A stretch of 64,000 bases of DNA, taken from Armatimonadota bacterium. Lineage in GTDB: Bacteria > Sysuimicrobiota > Sysuimicrobiia > Sysuimicrobiales > Kaftiobacteriaceae. The position numbers and the translations under genes are program-made. Each line of letters begins with the position of its first letter. Within the stretch, counting starts at the first letter, position 1. The notes beneath the pieces were generated by a model. That model was given only the letters and a program-made list of their open reading frames with translations, had not been told where the DNA came from and ran no database searches. The DNA lies in contig JBBIUY010000004.1 in assembly GCA_037440005.1 (NCBI GenBank), positions 32,001-96,000 of the forward strand, written 5' to 3'. Shown here one piece after another: positions 26,199-35,711 of the stretch.

Positions 26199-27362
26199 GT
26201 GGCGACGGCAGACGTGGTGGTCGTGGGCGGGGGCGTGACCGGGACCAGCGCGGCGTTCCAGCTGGCCCGCCGGGGACGGCGGGTCCTCCTTCTGGAACGG
26301 AGCACGGTGGGCGCCGGCCCCACCGGCAGGACCGTCGGCATCATCCGCCTGCACTACTCTTACGAGCCGCTGATCCAGCTGGCCGCCCGCAGCCGGGAGA
26401 CCTTCGCCCGCTTCGAGGAGGTCACGGGAGCGACCTGCGACTTCACCCGGTGCGGGTTCCTGCTGCTGGCCCCCGAGCGGGAGATGGACGGCCTGCGGGA
26501 GATCGTGGCCATGCAGCGCCGCCTGGGGATCGAGGCCGAGGTGCTCTCCCCGGACGAGGTGGCGCGGAGGTTCCCGCAGCTGGCCACCCAGGACGTGGCC
26601 GGAGGGGCGTGGGAGCCCGGCTCCGGGTATGCCGACGGGTACGCCACGGCCGCCGGGTTCGCGGCGGCGGCGCGGCGGCTGGGGGCGGAGATCTGGGAGG
26701 GGACGGTCGCCCGGGCGCTGGTGGTCGAGGGCGGGCGGGTGCGGGGGGTGCAGACGTCCCGGGAGGCGGTGGACGCCGGCGCGGTCCTGGTGGCCGCCGG
26801 GCCGTGGACGCCGGGCCTGCTGCACCCCCTGGGCGTGGACATCCCCATCCGGTCCTCCCGCCAGCAGGTGGTCCACCTGGCGCCCCCGGCGGGGTGGCGG
26901 CTGCCGGCGGTGGTGGAGGACATGGTCCTGGGCCTGTACGCCCGCCCGGAAGCCGGGGACACGGTGCTGGCGGGGGTGCTGGAGGAAGAGGCCGAGCAGA
27001 TCGTGCAGCCCGACAGCTACAGCCCGGGGGTGGACTTCGACTTCGTCGAGCGGATCGGGACGCTGTGGGCCCGCCGGTTCCCCGCCGCCCGCGTGGCTCA
27101 GGTGCGGGGCGGATACGCCAGCCTGTACGACATCACCCCCGACTGGCAGCCGGTGCTGGGGACCGTGCCGGAGGTGGGCGGATTGTTCGTGGCGGCCGGG
27201 TTCTCGGGCCACGGGTTCAAGCTCAGCCCGGCCGTGGGCGAGGTCCTCGCGGCGCTGATCACCGGCGACACGCCGCCGGTGGACGTGTCCATGTTCCGGC
27301 TGAGCCGGTTCGCCGAGGGCCGGCTGATCCGCGGCCGTCACGCGCAGGGGATACTGGGGTAG
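26199..27362 (+). CDS. FAD-dependent oxidoreductase (sarcosine oxidase beta/DAO family)
   Basis: VVVGGGVTG, YDITPDWQP, GFSGHGFK. Confidence 0.9.
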   Translation: MATADVVVVGGGVTGTSAAFQLARRGRRVLLLERSTVGAGPTGRTVGIIRLHYSYEPLIQLAARSRETFARFEEVTGATCDFTRCGFLLLAPEREMDGLREIVAMQRRLGIEAEVLSPDEVARRFPQLATQDVAGGAWEPGSGYADGYATAAGFAAAARRLGAEIWEGTVARALVVEGGRVRGVQTSREAVDAGAVLVAAGPWTPGLLHPLGVDIPIRSSRQQVVHLAPPAGWRLPAVVEDMVLGLYARPEAGDTVLAGVLEEEAEQIVQPDSYSPGVDFDFVERIGTLWARRFPAARVAQVRGGYASLYDITPDWQPVLGTVPEVGGLFVAAGFSGHGFKLSPAVGEVLAALITGDTPPVDVSMFRLSRFAEGRLIRGRHAQGILG

Positions 27363-27408
27363 GGAGAAGGGAAGAGGGAAGAAGGAAGAAGGAAGAGGGA
27401 AGAGGGGG
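27362..27408 (+). repeat. Heptamer tandem repeat (GGAAGAR)n
   Basis: ggaagag ggaagaa ggaagaa ggaagag ggaagag. Confidence 0.85.
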
Positions 27409-27454
27409 ACAAGAGGCAGGAGCCGCGGCGGCGGGGTGGGTATCTAATATCCTG

Positions 27455-28537
27455 ATGCTGTTCACCTTCGTGGGCGACCGCGGCGATCCGGCGCTGGCGC
27501 GGGTGGCGGAGGGCGTGCGCGCCGCCTTCGAGCGCCGGGGGCATGTCTACACCGACGACCCCGAAGCGCCCGACCTGCGGCTGGTCTTCAACTTCATCGA
27601 CGTGGACCGGCCGCGGCCCTACCGGCGGCGGGCCAAGGCCATCTTCGTGGTGTCGGTGGCCGTCACCGACCAGCGGCCCGACAACGTCCTGCGCCAGGCC
27701 TACCCGCTGCTGGTGCGGTCTCTGGCCAACCTGTGCATCTACCTGGTCCGGGACCCGGAGACGGTGCACACCTACTTCGTCACCCTGGAGCAGGGCTACT
27801 ACCCCATCCCCGACCTGGCCGGGGACGACTACTTCGACTACCTCTACGAGCGCCTGCATCCGCTGGCCTCGTCCCAGCTGGTGATCGACAACGAGTTCCA
27901 CCCCGACCTGGAGCCTGAGCTGTGGGAAGGCGACGACCTGACCCGCCAGCTGAGCGAGGCCGGGCGGCGACTGGACGCCCTGAACCTGCTGCCGGCGCCC
28001 TTTCCCATCCACGAGCTGCTGGACGAGCGCGACCTGCGCCACATCGAGCGCCTGTACGGCATCGGCGGGCTGTCCTACGGGAACCTGAGCGTCCGCAAGG
28101 ACGCCCGGCGCTTCTGGATGAGCGCCAGCGGGGTCGACAAGGCCAACATGAAGGTCATCGGCCGGGACATGCTGCTGGTCAAGGGGTATGACCCGCAGCG
28201 GCACGTGATGCTGCTCAGCGTACCTCCCCACGTCAAGCCCCGCCGGGTGTCGGTGGACGCCATCGAGCACTGGATGATCTACACCGAGCACCCCTCGGTG
28301 GGCGCCATCGTCCACGTGCACGCCTGGATGGAGAACATCACCTCCACCTCCATCAACTACCCCTGCGGGACGATCCAGCTGGCCCGGGCGGTGGCGGAGG
28401 TGGTGCGGCAGGCGCCGGACCCCGCCCGCGCGGTGGTGGGCCTGAAGAACCACGGCCTGACCATCACCGGCCCCACCCTGGACGACATCTTCACCCGCCT
28501 GGAGCGCGGCTTCATCCGCCAGGTGCCCATGTCGTAG
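27455..28537 (+). CDS. Class II aldolase/adducin-family protein with long N-terminal extension
   Basis: GNLSVR, SASGVDK, AIVHVH, LKNHG. Confidence 0.8.
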   Translation: MLFTFVGDRGDPALARVAEGVRAAFERRGHVYTDDPEAPDLRLVFNFIDVDRPRPYRRRAKAIFVVSVAVTDQRPDNVLRQAYPLLVRSLANLCIYLVRDPETVHTYFVTLEQGYYPIPDLAGDDYFDYLYERLHPLASSQLVIDNEFHPDLEPELWEGDDLTRQLSEAGRRLDALNLLPAPFPIHELLDERDLRHIERLYGIGGLSYGNLSVRKDARRFWMSASGVDKANMKVIGRDMLLVKGYDPQRHVMLLSVPPHVKPRRVSVDAIEHWMIYTEHPSVGAIVHVHAWMENITSTSINYPCGTIQLARAVAEVVRQAPDPARAVVGLKNHGLTITGPTLDDIFTRLERGFIRQVPMS

Positions 28538-28599
28538 ATGCGCCGCCACGGCCTCCGCCCCGCCGGAGGCGTTCCGCTCCGTGCGCCGCGCGCCGTCTG

Positions 28600-29820
28600 A
28601 TGCGCGCCCTGGTCTTCCACCCCACCATTCCCCGGTTTGTCGTCACCCGGGCCCTGGGCCGTCTCAGCCGGCAGGCGGCGTGGGGGCCGTGGGCCCCCCT
28701 GCGGTACCGGGACGTGCCCGAGCCTCCGCTGCCGGGGGAGGAGTGGGTGCGGGTGCAGGTCCGCCTGGGCGGGATCTGCGGCAGCGACCTGCACACCATC
28801 CAGCTGGACAGCAGCCCGGCCCTGTCGGCGCTCACGTCGTTTCCCTTCGTCATGGGACACGAGAACGTGGGCACGGTGGTGGAGGTGGGCCGCCGGGCCC
28901 ACGGGCTCGCGGTGGGCCAGCGGGTGACCGTGGAGCCGGCGTTGCCGTGCGCGGCCCGGGACCTGCCCCCCTGCCCGTACTGCGCGGCCGGCCGGTACAA
29001 CCTGTGCGTGCGGGTGGCCGACGGCCACCTCAGCCCGGGGCTGATGATCGGCGCCTGCCGGGACACCGGCGGCAGCTGGAGCGGCGGCTTCGTCGCCCAC
29101 CGCTCCCAGGTCTTCCCGGTGCCCGACGGCGTATCCGACGAGGAGGCGCTGATGGCCGAGCCGGCGGCGTGCGCGGTGCACCCGCTGCTGTCGTCGCCCC
29201 CGCGGGATCAGGATACGGTCCTGGTGATCGGCGGGGGGGTCATCGGCCAGTGCGCCATCGCCGCCCTCCGCGCCCTGGGCAGCGCGGCCCGGATCGTCGC
29301 CCTGGTCAAACACCCCCATCAGGGCGAGGCCGCCCGCCAGCTGGGCGCCGACGCGGTGGTGCGGCTGGGTCCGGGCGACGCCCACTACCCGGAGGTGGCC
29401 GACCGGGTGGGCGGGGTGCTGCGGCGGCCCATGCTGGGCAAGCGGGTGCTGCTGGGGGGCGCCGACCTGACCGTGGAGTGCGTGGGCAGCGCCCGCAGCC
29501 TCGACGACGCCCTGCGGCTCACCCGGCCCGGGGGGACGGTGATCGTGCTGGGGCTGGCGGCGATTCCGGCGGGGGTGGACTGGACCCCCGTGTGGTGGAA
29601 AGAACTCCGGGTCACCGGCAGCTACATCTACGGGGTGGAGACCTGGCAGGGGCGGCGCGTGCGCACCATCCCCCTGGTGCTGGAGTGGATGGCCGCGGGA
29701 CGGATGCGGCTGGGTCACCTGGTGACCCACCGCTATGCCCTGGACGACTACCGGGAGGCGCTGAGGGTCGCGACCGGCAAGGCCGCCTCCGCCGCGTTCA
29801 AGGTCGCCTTCGCCCCCTGA
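28600..29820 (+). CDS. Zn-dependent alcohol dehydrogenase (MDR family)
   Basis: GICGSDL, GHE, C..CPYC..C, GGGVIG. Confidence 0.9.
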   Translation: MRALVFHPTIPRFVVTRALGRLSRQAAWGPWAPLRYRDVPEPPLPGEEWVRVQVRLGGICGSDLHTIQLDSSPALSALTSFPFVMGHENVGTVVEVGRRAHGLAVGQRVTVEPALPCAARDLPPCPYCAAGRYNLCVRVADGHLSPGLMIGACRDTGGSWSGGFVAHRSQVFPVPDGVSDEEALMAEPAACAVHPLLSSPPRDQDTVLVIGGGVIGQCAIAALRALGSAARIVALVKHPHQGEAARQLGADAVVRLGPGDAHYPEVADRVGGVLRRPMLGKRVLLGGADLTVECVGSARSLDDALRLTRPGGTVIVLGLAAIPAGVDWTPVWWKELRVTGSYIYGVETWQGRRVRTIPLVLEWMAAGRMRLGHLVTHRYALDDYREALRVATGKAASAAFKVAFAP

Positions 29821-29883
29821 CCCCGGCCGGGCGGGTCGCCGGGACCGCGGTCCGGTCCCCCCGGACGCGGCGGGCGGGGTGGA

Positions 29884-31167
29884 TCAGGGGTAAATGCCGC
29901 GGGCCAGCAGGGCGTCGGCCACCCGGCCGATGGCGTAGATGAGGGCGGCGGTCCGCAGATCCACCTCCCGCTCGCGGGCCAGCAGGGCGACTCCGTGGAA
30001 CGCTTCGACCATGACCTGCTCCAGCCGCCGGTTGACTTCTTCCTCGCTCCAGAAGAACGCCTGGAGGTCCTGCACCCACTCGAAGTAGGAGACGATCACC
30101 CCGCCGGCGTTGGCCAGGATGTCGGGGACGACCAGCACGCCCCGGTCGGCCAGGATCTGGTCGGCGTCGGGCGTGGTGGGCCCGTTGGCGGCCTCCACCA
30201 CCAGCCGGGCCTGCACCCGGGCGGCGTTGCGGGCGGTGATCTGACCCTCCACGGCGGCCGGCACCAGGATGTCGCAGGGCAGTTCCAGCAGCTGCTGGTT
30301 GGTGACCGGTTCGCCGCGGGGGAAACCCTGCACCCCGCCGGCGCGGCGCGCGTGGTCCAGGACCGCCCGCGGGTCCAGGCCGCCCGGATTGTAGACGCCG
30401 CCGCCGACGTCGCTGACGGCCACCACCCGGCAGCCCAGGTCGTGCAGCAGGCAGGCGGCCACCGAGCCCACGTTGCCGAACCCCTGCACCACCACCCGGC
30501 TGCCGGCCAGGGGGAAGCCCGCCAGGGCGGCCGCCTCCCGGGTGACGATGGCCACACCGCGTCCGGTGGCCTCCACCCGGCCGTGGGAGCCCCCGATGCT
30601 CAGCGGCTTGCCGGTCACCACCGACGGCGTCGAGTACCCCCGGTGCATGCTGTAGGTGTCCATGATCCACGCCATCACCCGGGGGGTGGTCCCCACGTCG
30701 GGAGCGGGGATGTCCGAGTCGGGCCCCACTAGCACGCTGATCTCGGTGGCATAGCGCCGGGTGAGCCGCTCCAGCTCGGCCGGCGACAGGGTGGAGGGGT
30801 CGCAGGCCACGCCGCCCTTGGCGCCCCCGTAGGGCAGGTGCATCAGGGCGCACTTCCAGGTCATGAGCATGGCCAGCGCCCGCACCTCGGCCAGGTCCAC
30901 CTGCGGGCTGTAGCGGATGCCGCCCTTGCTGGGGCCCAGAACCGTGCTGTGGTGCACCCGGTAGCCGGTGAACACCCGCACCGACCCGTCGTCCATCCGC
31001 ACCGGGAAGGCGACGGCCAGCTCGCGGGCGGGAGTGGCCAGGAACTCCCGGATGCCCCGGGGCAGGGTCAGGTGGTCGGCGGCGCGGTGGAACTGGCGGA
31101 GGGCCGCGTCCCAGGGGTCGTCGGTCCGCACGGCCGGCGGGGCGGAGGAGGAGAGGTCGGACCGCAC
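29884..31167 (-). CDS. gdhA: Glu/Leu/Phe/Val dehydrogenase (glutamate dehydrogenase)
   Basis: KGGIRY, MTWKCA, GGAKGG, PAPD, QGFGNVG, NAGGVIVSYFEW. Confidence 0.93.
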   Translation of the reverse strand: MRSDLSSSAPPAVRTDDPWDAALRQFHRAADHLTLPRGIREFLATPARELAVAFPVRMDDGSVRVFTGYRVHHSTVLGPSKGGIRYSPQVDLAEVRALAMLMTWKCALMHLPYGGAKGGVACDPSTLSPAELERLTRRYATEISVLVGPDSDIPAPDVGTTPRVMAWIMDTYSMHRGYSTPSVVTGKPLSIGGSHGRVEATGRGVAIVTREAAALAGFPLAGSRVVVQGFGNVGSVAACLLHDLGCRVVAVSDVGGGVYNPGGLDPRAVLDHARRAGGVQGFPRGEPVTNQQLLELPCDILVPAAVEGQITARNAARVQARLVVEAANGPTTPDADQILADRGVLVVPDILANAGGVIVSYFEWVQDLQAFFWSEEEVNRRLEQVMVEAFHGVALLAREREVDLRTAALIYAIGRVADALLARGIYP

Positions 31168-31169
31168 GG

Positions 31170-32129
31170 TCAGTCCTCCCGGCGTTCGAAGGTGATCCAC
31201 GCCGGCTGGCGCACGAAGCCCAGCGCGGTGTTGATGCGCAGCATGGGGGCGTTCAGGGAGTCGTTCCAGGTGCGGATCTCCCGGTACCCCTGCCGCCGGG
31301 CGTACTCGATCACCCGCAGCTTCAGCGCCAGCGCGATCCCCTTCCCCCGGTACTCCCGCCGGACGGCGGTCAGCCCCTGGTACAGCACGTCGGGCAGCCG
31401 CTGGCTGCGGAGGACGAAACTTTCCCCCACGCACCGGTCTCCGTCCACCGCCAGGACGTGGCCGTCGGGCAGGTAGTTGGGGTTGTCCAGCAGGCGCTGG
31501 CGGTATTCGTCCAGCGTCGGCGGAGTATAGGGCTCGGGCTGGGGGATGTCGGCCGCGGCCGTGGTGTGCAGGTCGTACAGGGCGGCCAGCCAGTGCGGGT
31601 GGCGCTCCCGCAGCTCGGCCGCGGTGACGACCTGCACCTGCCGCACCGCCTGCGCCGCTTTGGCCGCGAAGGGCCGGGGGTCGAACGACGCCACCGCCAG
31701 CCGCGACTCCCAGGCCCGGCGGACCTCGCGGAACCCCCGGTCCTGCACGAACCGCACGCTGCGGGGGAAGGTCTCCCGCACCCCGGTCCACAGCACGGTC
31801 GGGCGCAGGGGGCGCATGGCCTCGGTCAGCTCCCGGTACAGGCGCGTGCCGATGCCCTGTCCCTGGCGGTCGGGGCGGACCACGACATCCACCCACAGTT
31901 TCTGCGGGTGGTACATGGTGGCCACGTGGTGGTACTCGGCCATCCCCACCAGATCCCCGGCCTCCTCCGCCACCAGGCGGCCCAGGTGCAGCCGGTCCCC
32001 GTCGTAGCGGGCGTCCTCGTGCCGCCACTCCTCCTCCGACCAGGGGTAGTCGGTGTAGACGGCGGAGGCGAGAGCGACAGCCGCCGGGTAGTCCCTGTCC
32101 TCAAAGGGTCGGATCGCGACAGCGGTCAC
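31170..32129 (-). CDS. Tandem GNAT acetyltransferase
   Basis: VRPDRQGQGIG; TAVRREYRGKGIALALK...NAPMLRIN. Confidence 0.88.
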   Translation of the reverse strand: MTAVAIRPFEDRDYPAAVALASAVYTDYPWSEEEWRHEDARYDGDRLHLGRLVAEEAGDLVGMAEYHHVATMYHPQKLWVDVVVRPDRQGQGIGTRLYRELTEAMRPLRPTVLWTGVRETFPRSVRFVQDRGFREVRRAWESRLAVASFDPRPFAAKAAQAVRQVQVVTAAELRERHPHWLAALYDLHTTAAADIPQPEPYTPPTLDEYRQRLLDNPNYLPDGHVLAVDGDRCVGESFVLRSQRLPDVLYQGLTAVRREYRGKGIALALKLRVIEYARRQGYREIRTWNDSLNAPMLRINTALGFVRQPAWITFERRED

Positions 32130-32196
32130 GCAGGATACCTTCTCACACCCGGCGGGGCGGGCGCAAGTCCCCGGGGGGCGGCGCCGGTGACGCTGC

Positions 32197-32226
32197 TTGT
32201 TGGGGGCGGAGGCTGCGCCGTATAAT
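32197..32226 (+). promoter_or_regulatory. Sigma70-type promoter for the tRNA pair
   Basis: TTGTTG-18 nt-TATAAT, 11 nt upstream of tRNA-Tyr. Confidence 0.65.
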
Positions 32227-32237
32227 GCTAGTCGGTC

Positions 32238-32324
32238 GGGCGGGTACCGAAGCGGCCAAACGGGGCTGACTGTAGATCAGCTGGCGGAATGCCTTCGGAG
32301 GTTCGAATCCTTCCCCGCCCACCA
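32238..32324 (+). tRNA. tRNA-Tyr(GTA)
   Basis: GGGCGGG/CCCGCCC acceptor stem, GCTGA-CTGTAGA-TCAGC anticodon arm, long variable arm, GGTTCGAATCC, encoded CCA. Confidence 0.95.
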
Positions 32325-32330
32325 CGCACT

Positions 32331-32412
32331 AGGGAAGAGGGAAAAGATCGCGTCCAACGTTTCAACGTTCCAACGCGCTAAAGGGAAAAGGGAAGAGGGA
32401 AGAGGGAAAGGA
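32331..32412 (+). repeat. Heptamer (GGGAARA)n and octamer (TYCAACGT)x3 repeats in the tRNA spacer
   Basis: gggaaga gggaaaa ... tccaacgt ttcaacgt tccaacgc ... gggaaaa gggaaga gggaaga gggaaag. Confidence 0.8.
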
Positions 32413-32445
32413 CTGGGGTTTCCGCCGATTCTGCTTCCTGCGGGT

Positions 32446-32519
32446 GCGGGGATAGCTCAATGGTAGAGCTCCGGCCTTCCAAGCCGGTGATGCGGGTTCG
32501 ATTCCCGTTCCCCGCTCCA
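32446..32519 (+). tRNA. tRNA-Gly(TCC)
   Basis: GCGGGGA/TCCCCGC acceptor stem, CCGGC-CTTCCAA-GCCGG anticodon arm, GGTTCGATTCC, encoded CCA. Confidence 0.96.
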
Positions 32520-32593
32520 GACTCTGCCAGCCGCCGGGGGCCGTTCACAGGTCCGTGACGCGGCCGGGGTATCGTTCCAGGTGGGGTTCGTCC

Positions 32594-33148
32594 ATGGGGC
32601 GGCCGACGCTCGCGCTGGCGGTGGTCGCGACGTTCCTGGTCGGGGGTCCGGCCGCAGCCACCCAGCCGGTGGTGGTGGCGGTGACGGAGTTCGCCGACGA
32701 CAGCGTCGACGGGTTCCGCATCGACGCCGCCCGCATGCACGTCGAGTTCGCCTCGCTGCTGGCCTCGGCCGGAGCCGGGCGGCTGGTGGTGGTGCCCGTG
32801 GCGCAGGTGGAGTCTGCGCTGCGGGTTTCGGGGCTGCGGTCCGAGGACCTCTCCCGCCCGTTCGCGGGATCCGCGGTGGCTGCGGCGGTCGGGGCCCGGT
32901 GGCTGGTGAGGGGGCGGTGGACGGTGCTGGAAGTGGACCGGCCCGAGCCGCCGCTTCTCCCCGACGACCTCATCCGGCCGGTGCTGGTCCACGCGGCGCT
33001 GGAGGTGCAGGTCCTGGACGCCGTCCAGCGGCGCCTGGTGCTGCGGGAGCTGTTCTCCACCACCACCGTGGCCACGGGGACCCACAGCCTCCGGGACGCC
33101 GCGCGCTCCGTCCTCCGCCGCGCCGCCGACCGCGTCGCCCGCCTGTAG
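32594..33148 (+). CDS. Secreted hypothetical protein (possibly CsgG/TolB-N-like fold)
   Basis: Signal peptide followed by VVVAVTEF motif. Confidence 0.6.
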   Translation: MGRPTLALAVVATFLVGGPAAATQPVVVAVTEFADDSVDGFRIDAARMHVEFASLLASAGAGRLVVVPVAQVESALRVSGLRSEDLSRPFAGSAVAAAVGARWLVRGRWTVLEVDRPEPPLLPDDLIRPVLVHAALEVQVLDAVQRRLVLRELFSTTTVATGTHSLRDAARSVLRRAADRVARL

Positions 33149-33204
33149 ACCCGCCGCGGCGCGGATACAGGAGTCCGGCGGCCGGGGTGAGAAGCCTCCT
33201 TCCC

Positions 33205-34071
33205 GTGGCGGCGGCAATTCTCGACGGCAAAGCCCTGGCCGCGCAGATCGAAGCCGAGGTGGCCGCGCAGGCGCAGGCCCTGGTCGCCCGCTACGGGGTG
33301 GCGCCGGCCCTGGCGGCCATTCTGGTGGGCGACGATCCGGCCTCGCACCTGTACGTGCGCCGCAAGGCGGATGCCTGCGCCCGCGCGGGGATGCGGTCGG
33401 AGACCTTTCACCTGCCCGCCGACGCCTCCCAGGACGAGGTGCTGGCGCTCATCGACCAGCTCAACGCCCGGGCGGACATCCACGGCATCCTCCCCCAGCA
33501 GCCCATGCCCGCCCACATCGACCCCCGGGCGGTGTTCGAGCGGATCGACCCGGCCAAGGACGTGGACGGCCTGGGACCCGCCAACATGGCCGCGCTGCTG
33601 GTGGGCCGTCCCCATCTGGTCCCCTGCACCCCCGCCGGCGTGATGCGGCTGCTGGCCCACGCGGGGATCGACCCGGCCGGCCGGGAGGCGGTGGTGGTGG
33701 GCCGCAGCATCATCGTGGGGCGGCCCATGGCCCTGCTGCTCCTGAATGCCCACGCCACCGTCACCTGGTGTCACACCCGGACCCCGGACCTGGCCGCCCA
33801 CACCCGGCGGGCCGACATCCTGGTGGTGGCGGCCGGACGTCCGGGGCTGGTGACCGGGGCCATGGTCAAGCCGGGGGCGGCGGTGATCGACGTCGGCATC
33901 ACCCGCAAGGACGGAAAACTGGTGGGCGACGTGGAGTTCGCGTCGGCGGCCGCGGTGGCCGGGTGGATCACCCCCGTGCCCGGCGGCGTCGGCCCCATGA
34001 CCATTGCCATGCTGCTGTCCAACACCGTGCAGGCGGCGCAGCGCCAGCTCCGCGCCGGCCGCGTGACCTGA
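33205..34071 (+). CDS. folD: Methylenetetrahydrofolate dehydrogenase/cyclohydrolase
   Basis: ILDGK, VGDDPASHLYV, KDVDG, PCTPAG, GRSIIVGRP, PVPGGVGPMT. Confidence 0.96.
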   Translation: MAAAILDGKALAAQIEAEVAAQAQALVARYGVAPALAAILVGDDPASHLYVRRKADACARAGMRSETFHLPADASQDEVLALIDQLNARADIHGILPQQPMPAHIDPRAVFERIDPAKDVDGLGPANMAALLVGRPHLVPCTPAGVMRLLAHAGIDPAGREAVVVGRSIIVGRPMALLLLNAHATVTWCHTRTPDLAAHTRRADILVVAAGRPGLVTGAMVKPGAAVIDVGITRKDGKLVGDVEFASAAAVAGWITPVPGGVGPMTIAMLLSNTVQAAQRQLRAGRVT

Positions 34072-34203
34072 CCGCCGGAGGACGCGCGAGATCGCGCCGC
34101 GCGGAATCGGCCGTCTCCGCCGCCGGTGCACGGGGTGTCGTGCGGGCGAGGGTGCCCGACGGAGGCACATCGCGGGGGCGCGGGGAGTCAGACCCGGGCG
34201 CCA

Positions 34204-34269
34204 CGACAATTGGGGTCAGAACCCCACTGTCGTCGAAACCCGACAATTGGGGTCAGACCCCAAGTGTTG
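34204..34269. repeat. Two REP-like hairpins with GGGGTCAGACCCC core
   Basis: cgacaattggggtcagaaccccactgtcg at 34204 and cgacaattggggtcagaccccaagtgttg at 34241; degenerate third copy near 34182. Confidence 0.8.
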
Positions 34270-34313
34270 TGATCCTCGCCCGGGGCTGCAGCCGGGCCGC
34301 AGGGGAGCATGAC

Positions 34314-35657
34314 GTGACGTACGGCGAGGCGATGGCGTACATCGAGGGGCTGCTGGGCCGACCGCGTCCTGCGGGAGGCCCGGAGACGGCCAAGATTCTC
34401 CGCACGGCGGAGATGCTGCGCCGGCTGGGCGACCCCCACTGCGGCATCCCGACGGTGCTGGTCGCCGGCACCAAGGGCAAGGGGTCCACCGCCGCCATGC
34501 TGGCCGCCATCATGGGCGCGTCGGGATCGCGGGTGGGGCTGTACACCAAGCCCCACCTGGCGGACTACCGGGAGCGGATCCAGGTGGACGGCGACATGAT
34601 CGCGCCCGACGCCCTGGCGTCCCTGGTGGAGCGGATCCGGCCCCACGTGGAGGCCATGGCGTCCCACCCGCTGGGCCTGCCCACCTACTTCGAGGTCTCG
34701 GTGGCGCTGGCGTTCCAGCACTTCGCCGATGCCCGGGTGAACCTGGCGGTGGTGGAGGTGGGGCTGGGGGGCCGCCTGGACGCCACCAACGTGGCCGACC
34801 CCGTCCTGGCGGTCCTCACGCCGGTCAGCTACGACCACATGGAGGTGCTGGGCAGCACGCTGGACGCCATCGCCCGGGAGAAGGCGGGCATCGTCCGCCG
34901 CAACGGACGCGTGGTGAGCGCCCCCCAGGCCCCCGAGCCCCTGGCTGCCATCATCGACGTATGCACCCGCCACCGCGCCCGGCTCCGGCTGGTGGCTGAG
35001 GAGATGCGCTGGCAGGTGAGGGACTGCACCCCCTACCGGCAGACCGTCACCCTGGCCGGCCCCTCGAGCGACTACGGGACGCTCGATCTCCCCCTGGTGG
35101 GAGCCCACCAGGCCGCCAACGCCGCCACCGCCGTGGCGTCCGCCGAGGTCCTCGCGCAGCGGGGCTTTCCCTTCGCAGGGAAGGCGGTGGGACCGGCCCT
35201 GGCGGGCCTGCGCTGGCCGGGACGCATCGAGGTGGTGGCCGAGCGCCCCTACGTGGTGGTGGACGTGGCCCACAACCCGGCGTCCCTGGCGGCCCTGCGG
35301 CAGACCCTGGAGACGGTCTTCCCCGGCCGCCGCGTGGTCCTGGTCTACGGGATGGTGGCCACCCACGACCACCGGATGTGCACCGGCCTGATCGCCCCCC
35401 TGGCGGCGGCGGTGGTGGTGACCACGCCCCGGCACGTCCGGCCTCTGCCCGCTCCGGTCCTGGCCGAGGAGGTGTCCCGGTATGTCTCCCCGGTGGAGGT
35501 GGTCCCCGACCCCCGCCAGGCCGTCCGCCGCGCCCTGGAGCTGGCCGGTCCGGAGGATGTGGTGGTGGTCACCGGGTCGTTCTTTCTGGCGGGGGAGGTG
35601 CGCGCGGACCTGTACAGGAAGGTGTCCTCTCCGGCACGAACTCCCGTGCAGCCCTGA
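34314..35657 (+). CDS. folC: Folylpolyglutamate synthase/dihydrofolate synthase
   Basis: VAGTKGKGST, PHL, EVGLGGRLDATN, DH, WPGR, DVAHNP, TGSF. Confidence 0.95.
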   Translation: MTYGEAMAYIEGLLGRPRPAGGPETAKILRTAEMLRRLGDPHCGIPTVLVAGTKGKGSTAAMLAAIMGASGSRVGLYTKPHLADYRERIQVDGDMIAPDALASLVERIRPHVEAMASHPLGLPTYFEVSVALAFQHFADARVNLAVVEVGLGGRLDATNVADPVLAVLTPVSYDHMEVLGSTLDAIAREKAGIVRRNGRVVSAPQAPEPLAAIIDVCTRHRARLRLVAEEMRWQVRDCTPYRQTVTLAGPSSDYGTLDLPLVGAHQAANAATAVASAEVLAQRGFPFAGKAVGPALAGLRWPGRIEVVAERPYVVVDVAHNPASLAALRQTLETVFPGRRVVLVYGMVATHDHRMCTGLIAPLAAAVVVTTPRHVRPLPAPVLAEEVSRYVSPVEVVPDPRQAVRRALELAGPEDVVVVTGSFFLAGEVRADLYRKVSSPARTPVQP

Positions 35658-35711
35658 CGGCGCGGCCTCACGCGGCCGCCCGCGAGACGCGGAGGAGGAC
35701 GGGATCCGTCC

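Noticed and set aside
26450..32028. Long apparent fusions in the ORF track (26450-28537, 29884-32028; also 12701-15283, 17017-19776, 60306-63125)
   Set aside because: The N-terminal parts are off-frame read-through over neighbouring genes; the true starts are internal.
32238..32519. tRNA pair as an integration site for an island
   Set aside because: No integrase and no duplicated tRNA 3' end seen in the window.
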